Positions 42,173-64,000 of a DNA stretch of 64,000 nt are shown here, piece by piece (within the stretch, counting starts at the first letter, position 1; each line of letters opens with the position of its first letter). Below the pieces are notes generated by a model. The model was given only the letters and a program-made list of their open reading frames with translations. It did not search any database and was not told where the DNA came from. Source of the stretch: Hormiphora californensis (lineage: Eukaryota > Animalia > Ctenophora); contig CM035350.1 in assembly GCA_020137815.1 (NCBI GenBank), positions 6,758,001 through 6,822,000 on the forward strand. Reading direction: 5' to 3'. A program made the translations under genes and the position numbers.

Positions 42173-42536
42173 TTCAATTGGAAAGGGTCTACAACTGCAG
42201 CAGTCGGGGATGTGGTTGTCGGCAGAGGGGGGGCTTATCATGATGATCACTCCTGTAGGACGGACAGGGTGGTGTAGTGCGAATTGCAAGAGGACAGTCT
42301 AGACAACCCACTCTCTCTCCCACACCCCCCCATGATAGCATAGGACAGAGAAACATCTAGCGTTTAAAATGCTGGTAGGGATATATAGACGCACGAACGG
42401 CTAGGGTTAGAAAATCAGATCACACACACACACACTACACTCTCTATCACTATATGTGGCATGATCCTCCCAAATCCCCATCATATGTCAACAGCTTTAT
42501 GACGATATCTCTCACTCTTTCTCTCTCTCACTCACT

Positions 42537-42583
<47 letters not shown>

Positions 42584-44777
42584 TCTCTCTCTCTCACTCT
42601 CTCTCCCTCTCTCTCCCTTTATCTTCCTCTCTCTCCCTTTTCTAACCCCTCGCCGACATCAACAACAACATACTGATGGAGAGGCATAATTCTATTATGC
42701 ATTCACCTAACAAATTGCCAATCCCGTCACAGAGGGGGGGGGGGAGGTTTTTCAGATAAGAAACAGTCCCTCGGAGGGGGGACTGCCACGTACGGTGCAG
42801 TGGGGGCCACGAAATATAATGTTACAACTAACGAAAACTATGTGATGTTCATTTAAAACTTGAAACAAATACTACTTTTCATAGACCCAGTTGTCCCAAC
42901 TACCAACTGGGGGTAGTACAACTCGAGGGTGGGTGGGAAGGGTACTCCCCCTTATACCTGTGTTGCATTGCTCCCCACCCCACGTGCCCTTATCTAGATC
43001 ACGTGACACTCTCACCCCTCTATTCTGTCACGTGACTACTATTGTTTTAAATATGGGCAGAAAAGAAAAAAAAAAGAGTGCGATCGCTCCCTGTCCCACG
43101 TGATACAAGATGTACACGTCTGGTTATCTAGGGATGGCTCATCACGTGACCAGAATCAGCTGATCTCATTGGGTGAGCGGTAGTAGACGAGTTGTGCGAG
43201 GAGTGTTGACATCTTAGTCTGTTCTCGGTACGATGTGGCGGCTGGAACAGGGGATTAACCCCCTCCTCTCTTTCTCTATCTATCTTCTTTCTCTCTCTCT
43301 CTCTCTCTCTCTCTATCCATCTCTCTCTCTCTCTCTCTTCCTCTCTTTCTCTATCCATCTCTCTCTCTCTCTCTCTGTTTCTCTATCTATCTTCTTTCTC
43401 TCTCAATCTCTCCCTATCTTCTATCTCTCTCCATCTCTCTATCTTCTTTCTATCTATTAGTATCTATCTCTTCACCTCTCTCACTTTACCTCTCTTTCTC
43501 TTCTCCTATTACTGTTCATTCTCTCATCGGTATCACTCTTCTCTCTTTATCTCATGTATTTACTCATTTCTCACTTCATTCTCTCAAACCATTCGGCTAG
43601 AATGACGTCACTGGGTTTTGACCGTGGGATGAGAAACCAAGTCAAATGACAAATCACCAATCTGGCAGCACCAACCACTAGCACGACAAAGGGGTACGCG
43701 GCTCATTACCGGGAGTCAGTTACTCCTTGAAACTCCACCACTAAATAGTCATCAGTTAAAAATAACCGCTTACCAAGAGCAAGACGTGTCAGGTTACGGG
43801 TGAAAACAGTTATAATAGATGCTGGTGGGGTGCGGTAATAGATATATCTTTCAAAGTTGACATCATTAGAAAGATGTCATTTAACAAAGCCAAGTATATC
43901 TTCGATCCAAATTGTAAATCTTAAAGAGGCGAGCTGTCAACTTGACATTCGATCACAGACTCTAATTAAAGAGTTGATTTTGGATATGGCAAAAAATCAA
44001 TGGAGCACGTTGAAGCCCTAAATGCAGACCCATAATATTTTCATGAGACTGTTGTTATGATGCAAACCTTACAAACCAAACAACTTATTGAGACATGATC
44101 CGATCTGGAAGGAAAGTGAGGGCCCCTCCTTCTCAGTAAGTTAATCGCAGGGACTAAACGCAGTCCAGTGAAGAGAGAGATGGGGGAGAGAAGAGAGAGA
44201 GCGTGGCTAAAGCAAATTAGATAACATTACTTTTCAACGGCCGACAGTGGTCGTGTCAAAATACACCTAGCACACGCGTCCCCTCTCGCTCTCACTCTAC
44301 CGAGCTGCTGTTCAATTAACAGTTGGGCGGGGGATCTCTGATTACTGGAGATAATCGTTACGAGGGGATCGAGGTGTTAGAATCAGGTGGTGTAATATCT
44401 GTTATCTCGGACACACCCCTCTCTCTCCATCCAGGGCTGCTAGACGACCAAGTGTGGCCTGGAGAAGTGCGGCTGCCATTTCTAGGTCTTCTCGCCTAGG
44501 TGCTGCTTCCCAATGTAAAATGTGGAGGTCAGGGTGCTGCTTCCCAATTTGGGGGTCAGGCCGTGCTATGATCCATCTCTTACTTGTAAAGTCCATACAG
44601 GTATTATCAAGGCTGCCGGTGGACGCTGGAAAGGGTGGCAGGGGCGGTGCACCCGCCAAGTGCAACTCATCAATCAAACTACACATTATACAAGAGGCCG
44701 GTTTGGTGCAATAGAGGTTGTTGTGTGTTCCACTAAAACGGGTTATAGCGTGGCACACTTGTCACGTTACCAGTGAG

Positions 44778-44848
<71 letters not shown>

Positions 44849-45453
44849 GAGAGAAAGAGAGAGAGAAAGAATGAGAGAAGATGATGGTCGGGCTTCGTGG
44901 CGTCCTGATAACAATTGACATCACATGATCAGGGAAAGCTGCAGGAAGAGAGATAGTGCAGGAAGAGAAGAGAGATACAGGAAGATGTGTGATATATCGA
45001 TAGCATGCAGGGGGAATGGAGATAGTACCCAGTCACGAAAGCAATTCAAAACTACTATGTATTTGACGGTTGTTAGCATATCTCGTCTTCCGAAGAGACG
45101 GCCATCAATTAACAATGGATATGATATAGTAATGGTTAACGCAATGGGTAACACAAAAAAGTAGGATAACACCGTGCTCAAGGTATTGCTGGGTTGTCTG
45201 TGACCCCCAGGGCGAGACATTCCATCTAATGTGTATGTCTAATACCTCCATCTATTTATGGAATCTCTGGACTCTAAAATAGACGACCTTGTTTAAAGTC
45301 GTAACACATCGACTCCCCTGTCCGCGCATGCCGGTGTCACACCGTACCAGGCGGTGGTATAGCTGGTCGAACTGGTCGGAGAGTGAGCAGTGTTAACAGT
45401 GAGAGTGGATCACAGTGTGACACTGTCTCTAGAGCGGAGACACTCATCTCTCT

Positions 45454-45493
<40 letters not shown>

Positions 45494-45573
45494 CTCTTCT
45501 CCTCTCTCCTCTCTCTCCCTCTCTCTCTCCCTCTCTCCCTACTCTCTCCTCTTCCTCTCCTCTCTCTCTCCTC

Positions 45574-45621
<48 letters not shown>

Positions 45622-45641
45622 CTCTCTCCTCTCCTCTCTGC

Positions 45642-45687
<46 letters not shown>

Positions 45688-46010
45688 CATTTCATCAACA
45701 ACTGACACACCTTCGAAACATACCTAACCTTGTTGAGTAACAAAAAACCTAACCAACAGTAACACTTTATTGGCGCAGGGTTAACACGAGTCATCAGGTT
45801 CTCTAGAACGAGAATCCCTACCCCCTGGACCCTGGTGTTTTCAGGTCACACAAACCCCTAAAGCCTCCAACCACCCCGACCCATTTGTCCACCCCAACCC
45901 CAATTATCCAATATCCACACAACCCATTTATCCACCCAACCACCCCGACCCATTTATCCACACAACCCATTTATTCACCCAACCACCCTGACACATTTAC
46001 CCATTTCAGA

Positions 46011-54797
<8,787 letters not shown>

Positions 54798-55197
54798 GGA
54801 CTATGGTGTAATTAAGTGTGGGACTGAAAGAGCTTGTATATTCACTTTGTTATTGTTTACTTTTATTAGTTTCAAATCCGCAAATACCGTCTCCAAGATT
54901 TTGTCTCTGAATCATGCAGTGGTTCCCTGGGTTGTTGTTGCGCGCGGCAGTGACGTCACGGATCACGTGACATAATGGTGTACTTTCACCATCAATCCGT
55001 CCGCGCGCGTCACACACACTACACAATCGTCTGTGTCGTGATCAATCAACAATCCCAGGGAACCAATGTAATCAGAAAAACACGGTTATTCACTTTGTAC
55101 AAGAATTGTTACAGAGAACAATGAATTACATTTACATCAATCAATGGCCATTTCTTGGCTTATAAAATGTCCATTTTGGTTTTTCCTGGTAGACTTC

Positions 55198-58100
55198 TTA
55201 GAACTGGAAGCAGTAACGGCAGGAGACACCGGCAAGGCCATCAGCGCACTCGTAATGTTTCCACAGGGTGGCTGAAGAAAAGGAAAGTGTTAGAGTGAAT
55301 CAAACACTGATTGTGATCTAGACTAGCACTCAAGTAAAACGAGAAATTGGTTCCAGGTTCCAGATGGCTTAGCTAAAATACTCACTGGAGAAGAGAGAAG
55401 AGCTCATGTAGATACCGGTCTTGGAGCTACCAGCAAACCATTTTCCGGACATAGGACCGGTGGCCATGTAGTAGAACTCGGCGCACTTGCCGCTCTTGCA
55501 ACCCTTGAACTTGTGGGCCTTTCCTCCGGTCTTGGAACCAGACAGAACAGCGTGGAGCTTGGTGTCGCTGACTGAAGGGAGAGGGGAGCAAAATTAGAAA
55601 TATTTAGCCAAAAAGAGGATGTCTTTTTGGAGACGCTGAGTTAACCTTGGTATCCAACCTTGGTATCCAAGACACCTCACACGGCCTTCGCGCGCCGGCA
55701 AGGGAGGGGTAACTTCGTTACCAAGAGTTAACCACTATATAGGGCGGTAGCGAAACTTACTGGAAAGAGCGATCTTGTTCTTTGTCACACTGACGGCGGG
55801 AAGGAGAGGTTTGAAGGCCAGAGAAGGCTTCTGCTGGATGATGAAGCACCTTCGGCACTCGGTCTTCTTGTTGACAGTAAGGCAAGACTTTTGGTAGTAA
55901 GCATCATCTGAAGAAGAAATGTGGTTATAAATGTGGTTATAAATGTGGTTATAAATTACTGGAGGAAACACGATGTTGTCAAGTCTTTACTTACAGTTGA
56001 CCATGAAGGGAGCAAGACGGCCCTGTTTGTTGGAGACGAACCAAGATCCGGCAGCGGCGGTGTCACCGTCCAATTTGACGAAAAGGGTCTTGTTGACCTT
56101 GCCCTTGCTGTAAAGCATCCTCACATATGAACCTCCCTGACGCTTCACGTTCTTAGGAACTGTGGGGAAATTGAAATGGGTTAAATTGGTGATGCAATTT
56201 GGGCAAACTAAAATAGATCTAGTATGTAATCGTAATTTAAATCCAATAAAAAACAGCCCCAACTCATGTTTTGGGAAATTTATCATGGTCATTGTTCCAC
56301 CCCTTGATGCGACTCCAATTTATATGCAACAAAGTCCACACATAAAGCACTCTATCACTATTTCACATCCGGATGACTTGTAAAACACAAGGAAAGTTTC
56401 TATACGGATTGTGTGATATAAAAGCTGGAGAGATTCTGTAACAGACGGGTATGGCACGAAGACTGCAAACTGAGCTACACTTCAATTGCTATAAATATGC
56501 TCAGGGGAAGGTCTGAGGTGGCGCCACATGTCCGAGAGGGACACGGCCTAATTGGCTGGGGATCATACCAGAGAATTGTGCTGACAGACCGCTGAGCGAA
56601 AGATACATGTCGGGGCCCTTGGTCCCCACTGTGGACGCGATGAAGCGGATCTGACATTGGAAATGCATCCCGCCGGCACAATAAGTGTGATATGCAAACT
56701 AAAGAACCCAATTCAGACTACTCTTGTGCCATACCCTCCTTTTTTATATAAATTGGGATACGATCCAACCAGTCACTAGAATGTGGAAACACTTACGCAT
56801 GAAGGATCCACCGTTGATGGTGACGGTCTTGCCCTTGGGGAGAGAAGAAGCCTTCTCGTTCTTGTTGACGACGAGGAAACACCAGTAGCATTTCACGTTT
56901 CCGTCCCAGCTGGCCTTGCAGTATTTGTAGTTATAGAGAGCCTTAGAAGCGGCAGGGGTGAATTCCTTGGTCTTCTGGAGCCTGGTGATGACGTAGTACC
57001 AGGTGCCGGCATATCCACCGTCCATAGCATACATCAGGTTGAATTCATCACCAGAATAGGTAGAGCCGGCGAAGACAGCAGATCGGACCTTACTCTCCTT
57101 CCAGCCAGGAGTCTTGACAAGGGCAACAACGGGCTTTCCGAGTTTGGCCTTTCCGACAGTAACGGAAGTGGTCTTTCCTGGAGCCTTGGCCTTCTTGTAA
57201 GTCTTCAGTTTAACGTAACAAGATTTCTTGTCTCCCTTTCGGTCACAGACCTTCCTGGTGTAGATCACTACAGTTTTTCCGAGCTGGGTCTTGACCCATC
57301 CACGTCGGGCAACGTTCATGTAAACTGAGCCAGCCTCCTCTCCATCTGTAGGGATTATCGTGGTTAGAAACATACAAAAACAAGACACAAACTACTCAAA
57401 ATCTTACCAATTACAAGTAATAGAGCTTCAAAAAGTTTAACTTACCGAGAACGTAGAAGCAGAAAGCAATGTTCTTTCCCTGAGAGAAAATAAGACGGAC
57501 GGCCTCACGCTTGCTGACTTTGTTCTCAATTTTGATGTCGGTGGGCATGTACTGAGGGCTGTTCAGGTAGATCTTCTGGCCATCCTCGGATCCGATCAGA
57601 ATGTTGGGTCCAGGAAGGAAGGTACTCTTGGCCTGGCCTGATGGAAACAAGAGGACGGATTAGCGATTGAAAATTAAAAGTCGACCCCACTTTTGCTCTG
57701 TGAAACACCACTCCAAAGTATTTTAACTGTTCTGTTTCACTTACTCTTCAGGATGAAACAGTATCGGCATCGGTAAGATCCGTAGAGACCGCGAGAGCAG
57801 TATTTTCGTCGGTAGATGTCAAGTTTAATTTGGGGAATAGTCCTGATCTTTCCACGAGCAGCAACAATGATCTTGTCGTTGTATTTTCCCTCTGTTAAAG
57901 AGGTATGTTAATAAATATCCGGTTTTATGATTCGTAATCATAACGATTTTCAGATAATGACCTAAATGGTAGGTGAACTAGAGAATAAACACTTACTAAG
58001 GGCAAGGAAGAGAGGGTAGCTCTCTCCACCAGTAGTAACCTTGGTGACAACACCTTCCATAACAGCAGAGCCACCGCCGCCACCACCTCGACCACCCTTA

Positions 58101-59052
58101 GCACCGCCCTCCATGGATCGACGGCTGTGCACATCGTACTTCTTGTAGTATCCCTGCATGTCATATTTGATGCTGCTGATGGTAACACTAGCAGTGGTAC
58201 CGTAGTCAAGGACACCGGACAGACTGAAGATCTTGAAGCAATATCCGCACTTGACGACGGAAGTAAAGGAGTCAATGGAACAGGTCCTCCTGTACCAGAC
58301 ACGGAACTTCTGGGCCTCAACAACCAGTTTCTTGCCACCGCTCTTGTTGGCTTTGTAGATCAGCCACATACCAGAGTGGGTTCCAGCTGCAGACAGTTAA
58401 TCAAGGAATTAGGCATGTTTCGAAATACGATGAGATATTCAGAGGAAATTTTCAAATTAGGGCCAGCAAATGTGGCAGTATACTTACAAAGAGGGTAGAA
58501 GAAGACTTTCTTTCCGATCTGGGTACGGAAGGCAGGTGTGGGGGTTCCTCCAACGCTCATCATAGTGTAGGTAGGGTCTGGGGGAGAAAACAAGAATATA
58601 TTATGTTGTTGAAATACAAGGATATCGAAAAGTCAATGTGGTTTGTTCATGAAATTAGTCAACTTACTTTGGAATTTCACTTTGTTGACGGTAACGGATT
58701 TCTTAGACATGAACTGTCCCTTCTTACGGGTCTGATCGATGGCGGCATAGCCAGCCTTAGCAGCCCTGACTGCTCCAAAACCGAAGGCATCCTCAGCAAG
58801 GCACACCGCTGAAAATAGTCAAAATGAGCTTTCAGCTGGCCATTGATTGATTACACATCACCCAAAGCCTGTCAGAGTATTGCCCTGACCCTATAATTCT
58901 CATTTCTTTCAAATAGAGCGCGAGAAGTGAGAACTGTGGTCAGAGCATTGGCCTGACAGCCCACAGTGGTTTTATTGAGTAACATAGTCCACTCAACAAC
59001 AGCGGCTTAACTTACCAGCTACGGCGGCCAAGACCACGATTAAAAGTTTCAT
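55198..59052 (-). CDS. Secreted Lys-rich Cys-repeat protein, copy 1 (11 exons, ~700 aa), unknown family
   Basis: Signal peptide MKLLIVVLAAVA|AVCLA. Exons splice via GT-AG without stops to ...CADGLAGVSCRYCFQF*. Near-identical paralog downstream. Confidence 0.85.
55645..55727. mobile_element. Small TIR insertion between TTAA sites (piggyBac-like), present in copy 1 only
   Basis: TTAA|CCTTGGTA...TACCAAGAG|TTAA (alternatively a 9-bp GAGTTAACC duplication); absent from the equivalent intron of copy 2 (~60575). Confidence 0.55.
56447..56736. mobile_element. TIR element in an intron of copy 1 only
   Basis: GGGTATGGCAC / GTGCCATACCC termini; no clear TSD; the equivalent intron in copy 2 is only ~85 bp. 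Confidence 0.5.
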
Positions 59053-59168
59053 GATCTAGATGAGGTTTATTGAGTAACAAGAGGTGCAGGTATGTATGCA
59101 ATGCCAATATTTGCCCAGATAGATGCTATCTATATATCGAGACTGATAAAAAGTTAGACATTTAGCGG

Positions 59169-59211
59169 CTGTTCGGCGCCGCCACCCCATCAAATTGGCG
59201 CCGCCAGACAG
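59169..59211. mobile_element. Micro-MITE family copy (43 bp)
   Basis: CTGTTCGGCGCC...GGCGCCGCCAGACAG; flanks TTTAGCGG/TCTAGCGA (6/8). Confidence 0.55.
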
Positions 59212-59661
59212 TCTAGCGACTGTTCATAGATTTAGGTCAAGTGTAGTCAGTCAGACAAACGACATAGGATTTGAATCAACCAAGGTTCGTAGTGAAATGC
59301 TTACAATTACAAGTTGCATAATACAATTTTGTTGCAAGACATGATGTGAAACGTAACAAAATCACTCAGTTTGAAGTGGCACAAAGTGACACGGTAAAAG
59401 GAGACCCCCCTAGGTGAATAACATACTAAGCTTGCAGGTAACTTGACCTTAGTATAGTAGCTTCATGCACGCTGAACCCAGTTTTTTACCTTGGAGATTT
59501 GAAATTCAGAACAGAAACAATCCTTGGGAGTTTCACGGAGATTCCGCTCCATGGAAATTCCCTACGGATAGATATCCAGCTCTTGAGTTCTGGATTTACG
59601 TCACTAGCCACATTTTAAGCTGAAAAGTCTTCAAAGATTGTACAGTACATACACACAAGGA

Positions 59662-59744
<83 letters not shown>

Positions 59745-60139
59745 AAAGAGTGACAGTGAGACAAACATAGCAACAAGCAGAACAGACGATCACACTTCCA
59801 AACCGTGTGATACGGATTTTCACGGGACAGGTGGGAGCAAGGTGTGTGAAGTGTGAAGTGTGAAGTGTGAAGTGTGAACTTCCATTTTATCATCAACCAA
59901 TTAATCGGATGACCACACACGTTCTAATATGAATTTGAGTATGATTTTGGTGGCTTTCTTATTTCGTTTTTCAAGACAAGACCTGTACAGAATAGTCACC
60001 ACCGTTTTTCTTTGCAATCTTCCACAACACAGTAAAAACAACAAATCTCACTATGTACAAGAACTTTATACATACAGAACAGGGGTTGTTTTAAATCATT
60101 TTCAAACAGATTTTGGTTTCCTCGCTTCTTGATCACTTC

Positions 60140-63100
60140 TTAGAACTGGAAGCAGTAACGGCAGGAGACACCGGCAAGGCCATCAGCGCACTCGTAATGT
60201 TTCCACAGGGTGGCTGAAGAAAAGGAAAGTGTTAAGATAATTAAAGATAATTAAAACTCTGATTGTGATCTAGACTAGCACTCAAGTAAAACGAGAAATT
60301 AGTTCCAGGTTTAGCTAAAATACTCACTGGAGAAGAGAGAAGAGCTCATGTAGATACCGGTCTTGGAGCTACCAGCAAACCATTTTCCGGACATAGGACC
60401 GGTGGCCATGTAGTAGAACTCGGCGCACTTGCCGCTCTTGCAACCCTTGAACTTGTGGGCCTTTCCTCCGGTCTTGGTACCAGACAGAACAGCGTGGAGC
60501 TTGGTGTCGCTGACTGAAGGAAGAGGGGAGCAAAATTAGAGATATGTAGCCAAAAAAATGTCTTTTTGGAAACGTCTTTTTGGAAACAACTAGGCCGGTA
60601 GCGAAACTTACTGGAAAGAGCGATCTTGTTCTTTGTCACACTGACGGCGGGGAGGAGAGGCTTGAAGGCCAGAGAAGGCTTCTGCTGGATGATGAAGCAC
60701 CTTCGGCACTCGGTCTTCTTGTTGACAGTGAGGCAAGACTTTTGGTAGTAAGCATCATCTGAAGAAGAAATGTGGTTATAAATGTGGTTATAAACTACTG
60801 GAGGAAACACGATGTTGTCAAGTCTTTACTTACAGTTGACCATGAAGGGAGCAAGACGGCCCTGTTTGTTGGAGACGAACCAAGATCCGGCAGCGGCGGT
60901 GTCACCGTCCAATTTGACGAAAAGGGTCTTGTTGACCTTGCCCTTGCTGTAAAGCATCCTCACATATGAACCTCCCTGACGCTTGACGTTCTTGGGAACT
61001 GTGGGGATATTGACAGGGGTTAAATTGGTTGGAGATGGAGGAAAAGATAGATAAATCGAAGGAAACCAGATAAAATACACTTACGCATGAAAGATCCACC
61101 GTTGATGGTGACGGTCTTGCCCTTGGGGAGAGAAGAAGCCTTCTCGTTCTTGTTGACGACGAGGAAACACCAGTAGCATTTCACGTTTCCGTCCCAGCTG
61201 GCCTTGCAGTATTTGTAGTTGTAGAGAGCCTTAGAAGCGGCAGGGGTGAATTCCTTGGTCTTCTGGAGCCTGGTGATGACGTAGTACCAGGTGCCGGCAT
61301 ATCCACCGTCCATAGCGTACATCAGGTTGAACTGATCACCAGAGTAGGTGGATCCGGTGAACACAGCAGATCGGACCTTACTCTCCTTCCAGCCAGGAGT
61401 CTTGACAAGGGCAACAACGGGCTTTCCGAGTTTGGCCTTTCCGACAGTAACGGAAGTGGTCTTTCCGGGAGCCTTGGCCTTCTTGTAAGTCTTCAGTTTA
61501 ACGTAACAAGATTTCTTGTCTCCCTTTCGGTCACAGACCTTCCTGGTGTAGATGACTAAAGTTTTTCCGAGCTGGGTCTTGACCCATCCACGTCGGGCAA
61601 CGTTCATGTAAACTGAGCCAGCCTCCTCTCCATCTATATGGATTATCGTGGTTAGAAAAATACAAAAACGTAACAAACCTACTCAAAATCTTACCAATTA
61701 CAAGGCCTTCAAAAAGTTGAACTTACCGAGAACGTAGAAGCAGAAAGCAATGTTCTTTCCCTGAGAGAAAATAAGACGGACGGCCTCACGCTTGCTGACT
61801 TTGTTCTCAACTTTGATGTCGGTGGGCATGTACTGAGGGCTGTTCAGGTAGATCTTCTGGCCATCCTCGGATCCGATCAGAATGTTGGGTCCAGGAAGGA
61901 AGGTACTCTTGGCCTGGCCTGATGAAAATTATAAGAGTTTAACTTCGTTTCGATCAACTGTGATATGGCTCTGTTTTAGGCCTCGACTTACTCTTCAGGA
62001 TGAAACAGTATCGGCATCGGTAAGATCCGTAGAGACCACGAGAGCAGTATTTTCGTCGGTAGATGTCCAGCTTGATAGCAGGGATGGTCCTGATTTTTCC
62101 ACGAGCAGCAACAATGATCTTGTCGTTGTATTTTCCCTCTGTTAAAAAGACGTATCATTAAATATCCGGTTCAATTAAATAACCAAATTCGTTTGGTACA
62201 GTGCAGCCGTGTTGAACTTACTCAGGGCAAGGAAGAGAGGGTAGCTCTCTCCACCAGTAGTAACCTTGGTGACAACACCTTCCATAACAGCAGAGGCACC
62301 ACCGCCACCACCTCGACCACCCTTAGCACCGCCCTCCATGGATCGACGGCTGTGCACATCGTACTTCTTGTAGTATCCCTTCATGTCATACTTGATGCTG
62401 CTGATGGTAACACTAGCAGTGGTACCGTAGTCAAGGACACCGGACAGACTGAAGATCTTGAAGCAATATCCGCACTTGACGACGGAAGTAAAGGAGTCAA
62501 TGGAACAGGTCCTCCTGTACCAGACACGGAACTTCTGGGCCTCAACAACCAGTTTCTTGCCACCGCTCTTGTTGGCTTTGTAGATCAGCCACATACCAGA
62601 GTGGGTTCCAGCTGCAGACAGTTAATCAAGAAATTAGGCATTTTTCGAAATACGATGAGATATTCAGAGGAAATTTTCAAATTTGGGCTAGCAAATGTGG
62701 CAGTATACTTACAAAGAGGGTAAAAGAAGACTTTCTTTCCGATCTGGGTACGGAAGGCAGGTGTGGGGGTTCCTCCAACGCTCATCATAGTGTAGGTAGG
62801 GTCTGGGGGAGAAAACAAGAATATATTATGTTGTTGAAATACAAGGATATCGAAAAGTCAATGTGGTTTGTTCATGAAATTAGTCAACTTACTCTGGAAT
62901 TTAACTTTGTTGACGGTAACGGATTTCTTAGACATGAACTGTCCCTTCTTACGGGTCTGATCGATGGCGGCATAGCCAGCCTTAGCAGCCTTGACTGCAC
63001 CAAAACCGAAGGCATCCTCAGCAAGGCACACCGCTGAAAATATAAAACGTTAAAAACATGCCAAAAATAAAATAGGAGAAATAATAAATCTATGGGGGGG

Positions 63101-63213
63101 GGGGGGGTATTGAGACGGAATATGTGATAAATCTCATCACTAACAAACAGACAAGATGTGATAAATCCTAACTTACCGGCTACGGCAGCCAAGACCACAA
63201 CTAATAGTTTCAT
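60140..63213 (-). CDS. Secreted Lys-rich Cys-repeat protein, copy 2 (11 exons, ~700 aa), unknown family
   Basis: Exons approx. 63177-63213, 62893-63033, 62713-62802, 62222-62611, 61992-62138, 61727-61917, 61085-61633, 60833-60999, 60612-60757, 60327-60513, 60140-60213. All introns are phase 1; the frame is open from MKLLVVVLAAVA to CRYCFQF*. Confidence 0.88.
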
Positions 63214-64000
63214 GGTCTACACGGGGGGGTTGGGTGATACAATTAGTTTGATAAACAAGGTCTTGAAGTGGCTAAACAGTGTCTTAAAGACTCATAGCTA
63301 CAGGGGTGTCTCTTAGATACTGATATCTAAGTAGTTTGCTGCGATCATGGGAGAGAGAGAAAACAAGCAAACAAATATTAAGTGTGACTCTATAAGATTT
63401 ACAAACTGTAAACCCCTTGCCCCACGCATATCAAAGGAGACTTGTCTGCGGTGGTGAGGTAACCACGAGGGATATCATCGCTTACATGGGGGCAAGTGTG
63501 GGAATGGATCGTCTCGCAAGAGAGAGAGAGAGACATGTTGGACATAGGTTATAAACCTAGTCAGTGCATTTGGGAGTAAAGTTTGAAACAGGGTACACAT
63601 AGATATAGAGCGAGCCTAAGAGAATGATAGATAGATACAGAGCAAGAGTAAAAGAACGATAGATAGAGAACGATAGATGGAGAGAAAGCTCCCGAGAGAG
63701 GATGGTTTGCCACTATTCAAGGATACTAAAGAGGCAAGTTGAGCAACATATCCCTTGGACAGATTAAGATACTGATCCCCCGTTGAGGGTTGAAAAGTGA
63801 AAGTTAAAAGGAGACCTTTGAGTTTTGGTATATATACTGTTTTGTTTACACGTGATTACGTATGACTCTAAGCTAGTGTAGCAAACAGGAAATAATTTGT
63901 AGTTGACAAACAAACAAACTCTACCGTGTAGATGCTGAGGGAGGATGCATCATCTTCTCGGGTAGTACAAATCATTTGGAGTTCCGCTTTGACGATTGTA

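Noticed and set aside
44402-45220. ORFs of 79-118 aa on both strands
   Set aside because: No recognisable motif and no consistent spliced model.
56783-62723. Long plus-strand ORFs opposite the Lys-rich genes
   Set aside because: Antisense shadows of strongly codon-biased exons.

Overview
Intron-rich animal genomic DNA full of (GA/CT)n microsatellites and small TIR elements. Glass and CatSper-beta occur together, which argues against vertebrates, flies and nematodes. The 109-bp MITE resembles a repeat I recall from cydippid ctenophore (Pleurobrachia-like) gene models; that assignment is unverified. Genes assembled by hand from splice signals and frame: 5' end of a divergent class-A-like GPCR (-), TTLL4 (-), an uncertain small gene (+), an intronless truncated FBXO31-like gene (+), a 4-exon ~1029-aa orphan (+), glass (-), CATSPERB (+), and two tandem copies of an unrecognised secreted Lys-rich Cys-repeat protein (-). 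Most notable: (i) the secreted protein pair, with six copies of an unrecognised repeat and ten phase-1 introns; (ii) a 1.7-kb satellite whose 44-bp unit is a complete 3' splice site and whose last copy lies 11 nt before the orphan ATG; (iii) an intact ORF1-only retroposon with tail and TSD in a CATSPERB intron; (iv) a splice acceptor just before the ATG in most genes, suggesting SL trans-splicing. Coordinates were counted by hand and some exon edges may be off by a few bases.
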